The position numbers and the translations under genes are program-made. 64,000 nt of DNA from Vicugna vicugna (taxonomy: Eukaryota): assembly GCA_013265495.1 (NCBI GenBank), contig MU058531.1:2046911-2110910 (forward strand), written 5' to 3'. This document shows positions 1 through 13,200 of this stretch, piece after piece; within the stretch, counting starts at the first letter, position 1; the number at the start of each line of letters is the position of its first letter. Below the pieces are notes generated by a model. That model saw nothing but the letters and a program-made list of their open reading frames with translations, searched no databases and was not told the DNA's origin.

Positions 1-3000
1 TCACCCTGCAATGAGAAACTGATTCTGGTTCCTGTTTTTTCCCAAGCACCACCCTCCCCCAGTTATTTGCATACGTCAATAAATACTGCTGCGTCCTTCA
101 GCAAGGTTAAAAAGACAACGCACACGACCCTTTCTTTCCCCCTTTCCTGCTCAGGCACTTTAAAGAAACAGTAGTCTTATCCCCCCTTTATTAGCAAACT
201 GCCTTCTTGCCTTGATAATTGTTTCATTTAGCAGCAGCGAGCCACGAGGGAGGAAATCCTTGGCATTTGTTAGGAGGAGGACTCAGCTGCACAATCATTC
301 TCTGGCCTCCCAGTAGCTTTAGCTACTCCATTTTGTTAGGAGGCATTAAAAAACCATCGCCTTTAAAGAGAAATATCTATTGAAACATTTGGAAGTGCTT
401 CCTTCTTGTTACTTTAAGGATTAGGGTTTTTCTGCTTATTCTCCAATTTTCTCATCTCCAATTCTGCCACACGAGAGATTTCTTGGCATCTCAGTGGTTC
501 AGGTCTCAACAGGAGCCTGAGAATTTCTCTGCAGAGTGAAGAAATGTTCTGGTTGGATTTGAGGTCAGTGAGAGAGAGGGAGAGGGAGAGGGAGAGAAAG
601 CGGAAAAGAGGAAGGGAGGGCAGGGCACACTGGCTGTGAGATGGGGTGGGGGTGGGGCTTTAAAAAAAATCCCTCTGAGATTTAAGCGGAAAGTCAAGAT
701 AATTCTGGGGTTGCCAGATTTTCATTTTTGAATCCTCCTGCTGCTGCCTTGGTCACAAGACTTTGGCAAATTTAGAATCCATTCTCTTATTACTAGTATT
801 AGCAGTAAAAGATCATGGTTTGAAGACCCTGAATTACCATATGCTAGTTAAAGTGTTAAAAATAGCATAGTACAAAGTCCCAGATTCTCATACATTGTAA
901 TTATAGTGCATTGCCATCATTGCTTCATTTAGCCATATAAGGAGCGTATGGTATTTTCCATTTCGCATAGAAGGGCTATATTCACCTCTGCCATATAGCC
1001 TGTTTTATCATTCAAAGATGAAAATAGTAATCACTCAAAAACCAAATTTCTATACACATAGTTACCACTGAGGTTGTCTCTTAGAACATGTTAATTGTTT
1101 TAAATATATGAATATTACGGTGCTAAGACCCAGAAAAATATTTTGCAATGTTCAAGGAGCATATTACCAAATATATAATTATTTTTAGATGATGATTCAG
1201 TATAATTGCAAAGTTATTAATATATTTAATACACTTAATTAATTCAGATACTTGGAGAAGCATCTTTCTCAGGGCACTTGTGAAAGGGCATTCAGATACA
1301 CACAGAAGTTTTGCCTTTGGACATTCTCATGATAATAACTATTGTAAAATAAATGTGTTGGAAACGGATAGGCTACCACTCTTAACTATTAAGGGAAATA
1401 TGTCAGACTAAGAAATGGGATTAAAAATAGTTCTACTATTTTATTATAGACTATCTTTAAAACGGTTAATCTTTCACTTTAAAGTTTCATACATAGACAA
1501 AACAGTGGGCTCAAGGCAAAGCTTCACAGCCACCTTACTCTCCCTTCTACTCCTCCCTCCCCAACTTCCCCGGTCAAAAAACCAACCCAATATAATATAC
1601 ATCACAAATTACTAGCTACTACCAGTAAAACCTATTTAAGCTTGATTTTGTGTTCCTTAGTTTCCTTGGTCTAAAACAATGGCTTTGATCAGTATTGTAA
1701 AATATGACACAAAGAGGCAAGCAGAGCATGGATTCCCAACAGCACAAAGTTCTATTGCTGCCAAAGGAAATGGACACAGAAAGAGACATTTTCATACTTG
1801 GTTTAAGCAGTGCTGCAGTAAACCATTATAATCTGGGATTTGAGTCTCTTTCAGTAGGCTAGAATTGTCTTTACAATACGCATATCATGATGGCTGAAAT
1901 ATGCATTTGATTATAATTTTAATATCACTCAGCTTCTCCAATGCTTTTTGTTAATGCCTTCAGTTTAAACTGTATGTTCTTGGTGGAAAAATTAATGCTG
2001 TACTACAGCAAAAAAGCCAAAAAGTAAGCTGGACTCAGAATATTTTAAGAAGGCTGTAATTAATATTAGTATATTTATTGAATTTTAAAAATTTTATCAT
2101 ACCAGGAACACCCATTTCTTCTCAGCACTCCTTAAAGACATAAATTTCACTTTCTGCATAAATTCACTGTCAAGGTCAAGACCCATCTTTAACAAATAAA
2201 AGACCCTTTGAAACAAAAGATAAGCAATAGATTAAGAGAACATTTACAAAGTTAATATGCAATGTCAGCAACTGCTTGTACAGTTTGCTCGTTTGGGTGG
2301 GTTTTTTGTTTCTTTCTTTCTTTCTTTTTGCTTATTTACAGCAAAGTCCGAGAAATAGATACCTCCTTCCCCTCCCCCCACCACATACACAATAGATCTT
2401 CCTTTACATGCAATCACCCAATCTCAAGTAATAAATTCTTAGCAGCAGTTACCTTTGAGTGTCCAGTTTTTAAGGATCGATAAAATTAAAAAGTGTACAG
2501 TATTTATTTTCTTCTTTCAGGTTGATTATGTGACCGCTCTGGCAAAAGCACTTTGACAACTGTAAGAAGAGAGGGCATGCGCACACAGGGAACTGTGGGG
2601 GCTGAAGTCCTTCACAAGGTACTCTGCCCGATTTAAGCACGTTCAGCCAGGAAAGCAGGAAGCCTCGATAATACAGATTCCAAGAGAAAGAGGCTGTGCC
2701 GGATTACATTATATCTTCCTAACCAATATAAATCAAAGGGTGAAAAATAAACTGGTTTGTCAACTTGATTTAGTAAGTCAGGTTAAAAGAGAAACTAGAT
2801 TTTAGGACTCAAAATAAATAAACCCAGCGGAGCTACCTTAAATGGTATTAGACCGGTAATGACTGGGTAGCCAGCAATAGGAACCCTACCAGAGCAAAAG
2901 AGATAGGGTGGGGGATAAGAAAGGGAGGGGAACTACTAGGGAAAGATAAATATTTAAAATCTGGCCACATTTAAAAGAAATATGTTTAATATTATAAATT

Positions 3001-5449
3001 GAAAATTACCTTAATATGAAATATATTAAACTTGGAGATCAGGTTAAAAATAGGTTTCAATCACAAATTTTTGACATCTTATCTATACACCAAAATTGCT
3101 TGTATTTGAGTTTTCAATGAAGGCACAAATCACTTATTTCAAGATTATATTTATATGCTCTGAATCAACTCACCTCCTTATTTTATTTGTCAAAATGAAA
3201 GTTTACCTTGCATTATTCATACAATGATCAATCAAATAAAATTCAACTCTTTTAATCTTAAGATAATCTTTGGCAAAATATTTTAAAATAATTTGACATA
3301 TTTAGTGTTTCATTGCATAGGACAATGACTTCTTTATTCAAGACAGAAAGTAGATACAATTTCTATTAAAAAAAATTTTTTTACAGTGTTCATTTTTCCT
3401 ATTGTAACCTCATGAATCTCACATCTTAACATCAACCAATATTACCTAGAGCTTCTGAGAGCAATAGTTCGGCTACCATTTTGCTCACATAGGCAGGAGA
3501 TATTATTTCTTGTAGGATCTTGTTTAATACCATCCACTCAAGGGGTTCAGAGTAAATGTCAGTTGATGACTATGCTGACTGAACTAAAGATGTTAAGCAT
3601 CATTTAAAACTGTCATAATTTTCTATTTCCCCTCTTCACCAAATCGAACTAAAGTAGCATTACCAGAGACTACCAATTTGCAGCAGTCAGTAGTCTTTGT
3701 TTCCAGTTATTTCTAAGGAAAAAACAAAACTAACAATTTAAGAGGAAAAAAATAATTTTGAATCAATCTGCCAAAAGCTCTTTTTAAAAGAACTAAATGG
3801 TCTTCTTATTCCCACTGTGAACTTAGCATATACTTCCCATTTTTTTCCTTCTTCTCCCTTCCTAAAGAAAGCTTTACTTCTGCCAACGTGCTATACTTAC
3901 CATGTTCATTCCAGAGTCTGTAAGGATCAACTCAAGGTTAATCTTATTCCTGAAGACTTCCCTAACCTTCCAAACTTTAACATTTTCAAATACTTCAATT
4001 AAGGTTTTTTTAATTCCCTCATAAAATCCTTACATAGACTTGTTTTAAGAAATATTTTAAAAATTATTTGAAATTAATATGTCTAGATTTTATTGGTAGA
4101 GTAGAAATTAAAATTTTCAGGTGTGCTTGAAAATGGTTTACTTGGGCATTTATCAATCCACCTGACCCCAAGTACAGGTCTACTAGTAATTCACACAATG
4201 AAGAAAAATAAACTTTGGCCTCTGACTTGATAAATGACAATAAATAATTAGCACTGCCATTACTTATTATAATTTTATTGTATTTGAAAATGAACTGTCT
4301 CTGCTCTTCTGTTCCTAAAATGAGCACTCAAATTAAAAAAGAAAATGAATCAGACATAAATACCAAGGTGTAAATAAATACCAGGCAAACAATAAATTAC
4401 AGGTGGATGCTCCCCAACAAGAACAAAGACCTTCTCTGCTGAAATCTTGTTTTTTCATTTAACCAGAACAAAAGCATCTTCTGAAATTTTGTCTTTAAGT
4501 CACAAAACTTTAACTGTACACCCTTTTTGAATGGTCATGGAAAGCTGTAAAAATAGAGATTGCAATTTCAAAATTAACTCATTGAGATATATACTAGGTC
4601 AAATACATCTCTCTAGGCTTCCTTCTGTCCTTTCCTTCCCTATTCACATCTCTAGCACAACGCTCATGAGCCCTGGGTAGTTGGTGGTTGCTCCATGTAT
4701 GCTTGATGGCTGAACGATGACGGTGACTGATGGATGGATGAAGTATAGTTTTTGATTATCTAAAACAGCCAAGGTTTGAGTAAGTATTAAATTATTCTCC
4801 ATTTACAAGAGCAATTACTTTTTCATTAGCTGCAATAATGGGAAGTGGTATAAAGTAGAAAACCATTTTGGCCCTTATGATGCTCAGCAATATGTAGACC
4901 ATTGGATTATCATCATGAAATAACATTCATTAAGCATAAATTGAACAGAGAACTTTGTTTCCATCTAAGAGTTTACAGTGTAATAAAGATACACACCCAA
5001 TCCTTCCACAGAAAGTTCACAATAGCCACTCAGAGCTAAGTCCAGTGGATGTTTTGTTAGTCTTCATCTTGCTTGACCTTGCAGCAATATTGGCATAACT
5101 GACCACACATTCTGGATATACTTTCTTCCCTTGGCTTCCTTCATGCTGTCCTTTCTTGGTTTTCTTATATCTGGGGTTCTACACATTAGCCCACACAGGC
5201 GCACGTACACACCACACACCCACATGCTCTGTCTCTTTCTCAGTCTTCTTTGCTAATTGACTTTAAACATTGAGTTCCTCAGGGTTCTGTCCTAGGCCCT
5301 CTTCTCATCTCATTTTCTATGAATAGCTTTCCCAACTATAAGGAAAAGACCAGGCCCATCTTACTGACAGTTATATTCCCAACATCCATCACTGTGCCTA
5401 GCACATAATAAATAGGTATCCAGTAGATGTATGTTGAATTAAATTAACA

Positions 5450-6875
5450 TTTGTATGCAAAGGGCCAAGAAAGCCAAGGCAATCCTGATAGCAAAAAATA
5501 AACCTGGAGAGACTCACACTATGAGATATCAAGACCTATTACAAAGCTATAGTAATCAGACTGTATGGTATTTGGCTCAAGGATAAGCAAACAGACAAAT
5601 GGAATAAAAAAATTCCAGAAACAGATCCACATGTGTATGATGACCAGATTTATGAAAACAGTAAAACTGCAGTAATGAAAGGATGGTTTTTTTCAGTAAA
5701 GGATATTGGAGTCCACTGTATAGCCATATGGCAAAAAAAGAGACCTTCATCCTTGCCACACCACACACAAAAATCAATTCCAGATGGATTGTGGGTCTAA
5801 ATGTAAAACATAAACAATAAAGCCTTCAAAAGAACATAGGCTAATATTTTCATGACGTTAGAATAGGCAACAATTTCTTCAACAGGTCACAAAAACAGTA
5901 ACAAAGGAAAATTTTGGTAAACTAAATTAATTAAATTAAGAACATCTGTTTACCAAAAGACAGCATTAGAGTGAAAAATCACAGAATGAGAGAAATATAT
6001 GCAGTATATACATTTTTCAATAAAGGACTTGTAATCCAAATACATAAAGGACCCTTACAAATTAATAAAGGTAGACATCCCAAAGAAAAACGAGCAAGAG
6101 ACTTCAACAAAAGATATTCAAATGGCCAAAAAGCATATTAAAAAGTGTTCTACCTCACTAATCATCAAAGAAATGCAAAAAAAAAAAAAAAAAACAAAAA
6201 AGACTAAAATTGGAAAAAGCAGACAACATGAAACATTAGCATGGGTGTGAGGCAACTCATTCTCAAACACTGCTGACGGAAGCATACAACCACATTGCAG
6301 AATTATTTAGCAGGATCTATTAAAGCAAACATTCACACACCTTATGACCCAGCAATTCTGCACCTAGATATATACCCAATAAAAATGCAAACATATGTTG
6401 GCCAAAAGACATGTTCAAACCAACATTATTCCTAATAGCCCAAACCTGGAGGCAACCCAAATATCCATCTACAATAGATTGGAAAAGTAAATTTGTGATC
6501 TAGTCATATAATGAAATATCATAAGACAAAGATAATGAATAGACTCCAACTTTATAGGAAAACATAGATGAGCTGCATGAATCCAATGCTGAGTGAAAGA
6601 TGCCTGATACAGAAGAGTACAGACTACATGATTCCATTTATACAAAGTTCTAATAAAACTAATTAATGGGGCTAGGAGATAGCATATTGGTTACCTTCGC
6701 AGAGAACGACTTGTAGAGGACATAAAAGGGGGCTGCAGGGATGCTGGTGATACACTCTTTCTTGAACTAGACACTTGTTACACAGGTATATTGACTTCAA
6801 AAATGCAGAAAACTAGACACAATGATTTTTGCACTTTTCTACATTTTTGTTAAACTTTCTTTAAATTTATAAAAC
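5450..6875 (+). mobile_element. Old L1 (L1M-type) fragment: ORF2 3' end and 3' UTR
   Basis: Typical L1 motifs (ACAAAGCTATAGTAATCA, GACCCAGCAATTC, ATGATTCCATTTATA) in A-rich, decayed sequence. Confidence 0.85.
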
Positions 6876-8322
6876 ATACACATGTATTTGTAAAGGTTAA
6901 CTATCTTCTGTAGGGTAAAGAGAAAAAAATAGCACAATCTGGCCAAATACGAAGACTTAAGTCTGGGTCATCTAAGCGAGAGAAATAAACGGGGGGCTTC
7001 CTCTGTGCCAGACCTGTATTAGAGACACTAAGTGCAAAGATGAAAAAAGCCCAAATTCCTTGACTTCAAAGACCTCACAGCCTAAGGAGGGAAGAATAAT
7101 TTTGGTCAACTATGGTAAATTAGATATTGCTTAAGTAACCTAGAAAGTTTTAAGATTGTTAAAGCCTAAGGCAATTTACAAGCAGGATGTCCACATCCTC
7201 TGAGTAAGGACCTGTTAAACAAGTCTAGGGCAGACTAATTGAGAACAAAACAAGAGATAGGGAGCAAAGGGGAGCCACATGAGTCACTTGTGGTTCGGTA
7301 GGCAATCTGAAGAGTACCTGGGGTTCTTTGTATTTCTTGCCTCTCTATCCATTAGCCTTGAGTTCATTCATTCATTCATTCAGCAACTTTATGAGAGACC
7401 TCCTAGACACAAAGTAGCAACTAAGCAAAACTTACTGTCACTAACCTCTAAGAGAAAACTGAAGCTATTAGGCAGTTATTTCCTCAATTTCTCAGCTGCC
7501 TACCACCAAGCCCCCCACTTACAAACTTATCTGTATCCCCACCCATACTTCCTTTCCCCATCTCAGAAGAAATTGAGTTCCCTACAGGTCCACAATGAAT
7601 CCCTCCATCTGTAGTCTAGAGCTCATTCTATCTAGTTTCCTTGAGATTCAGTTCATTAGTTAATTATGCTCAACTTTCTCCTTCTCATTCCAGACAGGCT
7701 GTTTGAAAGAAATCTCTAAATCCTAGCTCCACTTTCTCACTTCCAGTTGACTCCCCAAACTTGCTGCATCTGGCTTCTGCCCCTACCATCCTGCTAAAAG
7801 TGCTCTTGCTACTGATCTTACCAAAGTCACCAATGACTAATGGACACTGTTTCAATTTTTATTTTATTTTATTTGCCATTCATCCTTCATAAAACACTTG
7901 TAGTAAGCAGAATTCTAAGATGACTCTCCAACATTCCAGGATAGAAGGAAAACAGGAACCCTGGTCTCGTAACTGCAATTCTGCCAACAATAATGAACTT
8001 GAAAATGGGTATGACACCCTAGACAGAGAACCCAGTCATGCTGACCTACAGAATCATGTTATTAAATGAACTTTTTTTTTAAGCCATTAAACTTGTGGCA
8101 ATTTGTAACACAGCAGAAGGAAATGAACAGAACAGTATTCCATTTTCTTTGAAGACACTGCTCTCCTGGTTCTTTACTTCGGATGTTTCTTCTCAATCGC
8201 TTGGCCACTAAATACAGCTTCCCACTGGGGTTCTCCTAATCCTACACTCTCCCTGGAAAGTGTGACATTCAAGGAACTGGGAAATTAGGTTCATCACTAC
8301 CTCGGATTCCAGATCAAATCTT

Positions 8323-8567
8323 ATTTTCTTTTTTTTTATAATATTTTACTTTGCACATTTCTTTCCTTTTTTTAAAAAAAAAATTTTTGTCCAACTATTT
8401 TTTTATTTTTATTTTAAATTTATTTCTTGGGTTTTTTTTTTTTTTGGTGGGGGGTGGATAATTAGGCTTATTTACTTATTTTTAAATGGAGGTACTGGGG
8501 ATTGAACCCAGGACCTGGTGAATGCTAAGCACACACTCCACCATACCACTGAGCTATACCATCCCCC
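8323..8567 (-). mobile_element. tRNA-Ala-derived SINE (camelid vic-1-like) with long composite A-rich tail
   Basis: - strand GGGGGATGGTATAGCTCAGTGG...GGTTCAATCCCCAGTACCTCC carries Pol III A and B boxes. Degenerate TSD CAGATCAAATCTT (8310-8322) / CAGACCAGATCTT (8569-8581). Confidence 0.85.
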
Positions 8568-9689
8568 ACAGACCAGATCTTTTTGTTAAGTTCCAAACCA
8601 CTATTTAACTAACAACTTTTCTCTCTGAGGATCCCACAGCACCTCTTCTCCCACAGATGCCTCTGCACACATTCCTTCTGCCTGAAATACCTTTCTACCT
8701 CTTGGTAACCTACTCCTACTCACCCATTAGAATCCAGTTCAAATGTCACCTCTTTGCAGCTTTCCCTGACCATGTGAGCAGAATTGCCCATTTTTTTCTT
8801 TTATATACCTCTATACCACGCATACATCTCTATTACAAAATTCTTCATGCTTTAGTGCAATTATCTGTTTACATATCTGTCTTTCCTGCAATAACTCCAG
8901 GATCAGGACTATATTCATCTCTGTAACCCAAACACTGGGCCTGTAACATAGAGAAAAAGGAGAAAGTATCTTTTACCTCAATTTATAGAGGCTGAGAGCA
9001 CTTCTTTAAATTAACATTAGACGAAGAGAAATTCTCTTGCCATTAAATTTATTTCAGAACACTATGTTTAATGACACTATATTTAATATTTAGTGAAGAT
9101 ATTCCATACTAAAATTTGGTGTAATTAATTTTTCTCCTTGCTCCTGTTGCAGGGCATTTAATTTGTTTCTAAGTTTTCACTATTTTCCAAACTGATTGTT
9201 TCCTTAAAGCCACATTTCTAAAGGAAAAACAACTTGGTTGAAAGGCATACTATTAAGTCTTTTGATACATATTAACAAAATTTTTAAGAAAGATTGCAGT
9301 TTATACTTCCTAGAGAAATGAGTTTCTAATATGAAAACAATGTATGAATACTGCATACAATCAAGAATAATATAGTGGTTGTTCTGATAATAACCTAATG
9401 AAGAAAAATGTCTCTACTCTTTTGATATGCCAAATGAGATTAAACCCCTTTTAGCATCCTAATATGTTTAATACTTTGTCATTCTTCTTCATCATACTTT
9501 CATGTGATAATGAAATAGTAGATAGGTACTTACAGTCTATGTTTATCAGCTGGAGATTTCATTTCAAAGAATGTCATATAAATACATACATTTGTCTATT
9601 CCTTTAGAGAGAAAAAGATGAACACCTTTCGTGTATGTTTCTACGTTACTAGACTTCAGTATACTTAATTTTATTTTAAAACCTAATAT

Positions 9690-9995
9690 TCATGAAAGTG
9701 GTCAAAGGGTACAAACTTCCAGTATAAAATAAATAAGTTATGGATGGAGATGTACTATACAGCATGGAAATTATAGTCAATACTGTATGATATATTTGAA
9801 AGTTGCTAAGAGAGGTAAATCTTTAATGTTCTCATCACAAGAAAACAAATCTTTCAACTATGGGTGGTGATGGATGTTAACTAGACTTATTGTGGTGATC
9901 ATTTTGCAATATATACAAATATCAAGTCATTACGTTGTACAGCTGAAACTAACAATAATGCTATATGTCAATTATATCTCTGTTTTTAAAAAGAA
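9690..9995 (+). mobile_element. L1MA-type 3' end
   Basis: GGTCAAAGGGTACAAACTTCCAG...GAAAGTTGCTAAGAGAG...TATGTCAATTATATCTC followed by an A-rich tail. Confidence 0.8.
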
Positions 9996-10546
9996 AAAAC
10001 TTAATATTCATATATATTTCATGTATCTGTGTTTATCTTGGGTCTGAATAATGTTCAGTAGACCAGTTATTTTTATATAAAAAGTTTTATGCATCAAAAA
10101 TTTGTAAACTTACAAAGAGACTAGATTTGTACTCTTAAAAAAGCATCCCACACTATTTTTAGATTTTATCCAATGGTCAATTGAGTTCCCCCACTACAAT
10201 GCCCTCTCCTTTACAAAACGTTTTTGTTACAGCATACCTCCCTTCAGTCAACCATAGCTTGTTTATTTTCCTACTCTTTGTCATAACTCAGTTACAAGAA
10301 CCTCCTGGAGACTGCAAGAACTGCAGAATGATTTCAGAAAATATAGTTAAGTTTTACGTGGGTTACTTCTTCTCCACCTATAACAACTGCCATTTTATAT
10401 TTAAAATTTTCATTTTAAAATGTTATTCTGGAAGGCCATGTGTGTTTCCCAAAGACTTCGGAGAGGAAAACCCTAGCCACTTAATGTTTTAAGTTGTTCT
10501 TCAAATCTCCTGACAGTTTCACCATTTCACTTTAAATGCTGTTCAA

Positions 10547-10720
10547 GATAAACAAGTTTATATTGTATAGTACAGGGAACTATATTCAATATCTTGCAGT
10601 AGCTTACGGTGAAAAAGAATACAAAAAGGAATATATGTATACTTATGTATGACTGAAGCATTGTGTTGTACACTAGAAATTGACACCACATTGTAAACTG
10701 ACTATACTTCAATTTTTAAA
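10547..10720 (+). mobile_element. Young 5'-truncated L1 3' UTR (artiodactyl/camelid type)
   Basis: ACAGGGAACTATATTCAATATCTTG...ACATTGTAAACTGACTATACTTCAAT, flanked by a perfect 13-bp TSD AAATGCTGTTCAA (10534-10546, 10721-10733). Confidence 0.85.
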
Positions 10721-11329
10721 AAATGCTGTTCAAAAGTTGCTCCCATGAACTTGGAATCAACAGGTGCCTCTCAAGGAGCTAGCCTTAGAAGTATCACCAG
10801 CTTCCATTGTTTCAACTTCCATCCCCCAAATTTTAGCTACAGCTTGGAGCATTTTCCCAAGAGCTTTCCAGTTGTCTGCTGGACATTTCTATATGCCAGT
10901 TTCATCCATCGGGTCACTCATCATTATCTACAGGAAAAGAGCAAACACTCACCCTAGTATTTAGGGCGCTCGCCTTCCAATCCCAACTTATGCTCCCAGA
11001 TAGCATTATCCTGACTTCTCCAGGCAAATTAGTCTACCCATGGTTCTGAACCTTGTTGATATTACGGATTCCATTTGGAATACCCTTCTTCTCATCCTCT
11101 CTACTTATACTAATCTCATCTTTTTGGGGGGCTTAGTTCAAAGTCCAGTTCTTAAAAATAGCATCTATCTGTACGACACATTCATAGCTTTTGCATTTCT
11201 ATTTACCTTTTCTAGTATAATTATGTTAACTCCCCAACTAGAACTCTAAGCTTCTAAAGGGAAGGCCCTGAAACTTATACTTTTGTTCTTCTTCAAAATC
11301 TGGTAGAGTATCTTGCAGGGAGCTTGGTA

Positions 11330-11545
11330 ATAAGAGCCAATATTTATGGAGCATATACTGTGTGCTAAGTGCTTTCTATATATTAGTTCATTTAATCCAT
11401 ACAATAAATCTATGAGGTAAGTACTATTATTATCCCTAATTACAGATGACAAAATGGAAACTCAGAAAGGTGACTGACCTGCCTAAGGTCACAAAACTAG
11501 TAAGTGTCAGAACTAGGACCTAATTTCAGGTCTGTCTGACTCTAA
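11330..11545 (-). mobile_element. MIR SINE
   Basis: MIR core TTACAGATGACAAAATGGAAACTCAGAAAGGTGACTGACCTGCCTAAGGTCACA. Confidence 0.8.
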
Positions 11546-12829
11546 ACTGTCTTTTTGTTAGTGACTCATATAAGCAGGTCCTCTGGTCCTACTTGATCTA
11601 AACAGCTCAGCAGACAGCTTGAGCTTCAAAGGTGTGAAAAGAGGGCAAACTGTAGTTCAGCAACTTTTCTTTCTCTCATTGACACAAAAGCTTTTAAACA
11701 ATGACCTTTGCCTGAAAACCAGAGATAAGCTCTATCCAAAGGATTCCAAATTCCACCTTCGGGCAAGACTCAGTCCCAGTCCAGGAGGTTCTAAAAACAT
11801 GATTGTTTTCGAGAGGATGACTCATCAAAAGAACTGATTTTAGTCTTCAAGGATCTAGACAGCAAGGTTGGTCCAGGTCTGAAAATGATGGAGAAAACCT
11901 TTCTTGACCACAATCTCTGTACAAGTACACAATAGGTGTTGTACAAGTTAATGAGTCACCAGGATCATCAGAACCAAAGGGAAGGGCAATAGTCAGTGTA
12001 CCCAGGTCACCCTGGGATCCTGGTATTTGAAACCAAATAGTGTTTATGTGATATCAGTGCCTTTCAGTCACAGAGGGGATTAGACTTTTCCAAACTCCTT
12101 GATCTTATTATCTCATTTGATGTTAACAGCCCTGTGCAGTGGAAAGACAGCACAGACAGGGCCCTCGTGTTTGTTTTTTTCAGAGCACCAGAAGGCTGGC
12201 CACGGAGGCTAGTGGCGACTGAAATCTAGTACTTGCTCTGCTCACCAAGCTAACGGACCTTCATGGCTGGGCTGCATCTGCCTGGAGGAAAGGGCACCTT
12301 GTCCAAATTTTCACAAAGGGACTATATGAACAGGAGACAGCACCAACGATGATTGTTGGAATCCCTACTTTAAATACGTGGGTGTCAATAATACCTCAAT
12401 AAAGCTATAAAAACAAAAAATAAAAATGTAGAAACTCAGGCTCGGAGATGTTACAAGATATAGTTAACATGCGGTAGATTCAGGGTTAGAATTCAAGTCT
12501 TCCAACTTACTAGTTAACAACTGGTTAACGATACAAGTCTCCAATTGGTTCAGTTTAATGTAGGCTATCTTGGTCTTCTCATGTGGCACACTGGTATCCT
12601 CAGCAGTCTGCTCCAACCAGAAGAACCAAAGTCCAGAGCTCTTTGGTGTCGCTCTGTCCTGAAGCCATAGCTGTTCTCTTATTGAGGAAGGTGAGAAACA
12701 GATATGTGTGCCAACTGTTTCAAGAGGGATCTCCTAGCACTTCTGGAAAAACAAATTAGACCACCTGTCCCAATGTTACGGATCATACATCATCACGGTG
12801 GCAGGGAGTCAACATTATTAATATTACGG

Positions 12830-13200
12830 GAGGTGGTGTGTGGAAAGCACATGAGGCATGAAATCCAATTACCTAAATTTAGATTCTAGCATTACCACTT
12901 ATTAGCTGCCTGTGCCTGGGCGATAACAATAACAAATATTTACTGAGCACATACTATTTGTCATACCATGCACTTTGTTACATGATGAATGATTTCACAC
13001 AATCCTAAGAGATATGTACCTTCATTACCTCCATTTCACAGATGAAGATACTGAGGCTCTGGGAAGTTCAAGTAACTCACCTAAGGTTATACCATTGGGA
13101 AGTGGAGGAGCCAGGATTCAAACCCCAGCAATACAACTCTAAAACCCATATTCTCAATTTCTCAGTCTTTGTTTCCTCTAAAATAAAACAGAGATAACAA
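12830..13200. mobile_element. MIR fragments (nested, opposite orientations)
   Basis: CATTTCACAGATGAAGATACTGAGGCT...GGATTCAAACCC core embedded in another MIR-like piece. Confidence 0.7.

Noticed and set aside
1..30. - strand TTTCTCATTGCAG|GGTGA as the acceptor of a CPEB3 coding exon
   Set aside because: Truncated by the window edge, could equally be a donor, and no coding sequence is available to test it.
8487..8567. tRNA-like sequences here and at ~25.4 and ~30.85 kb
   Set aside because: Diverged, tailed and TSD-flanked, so they are SINEs rather than tRNA genes.
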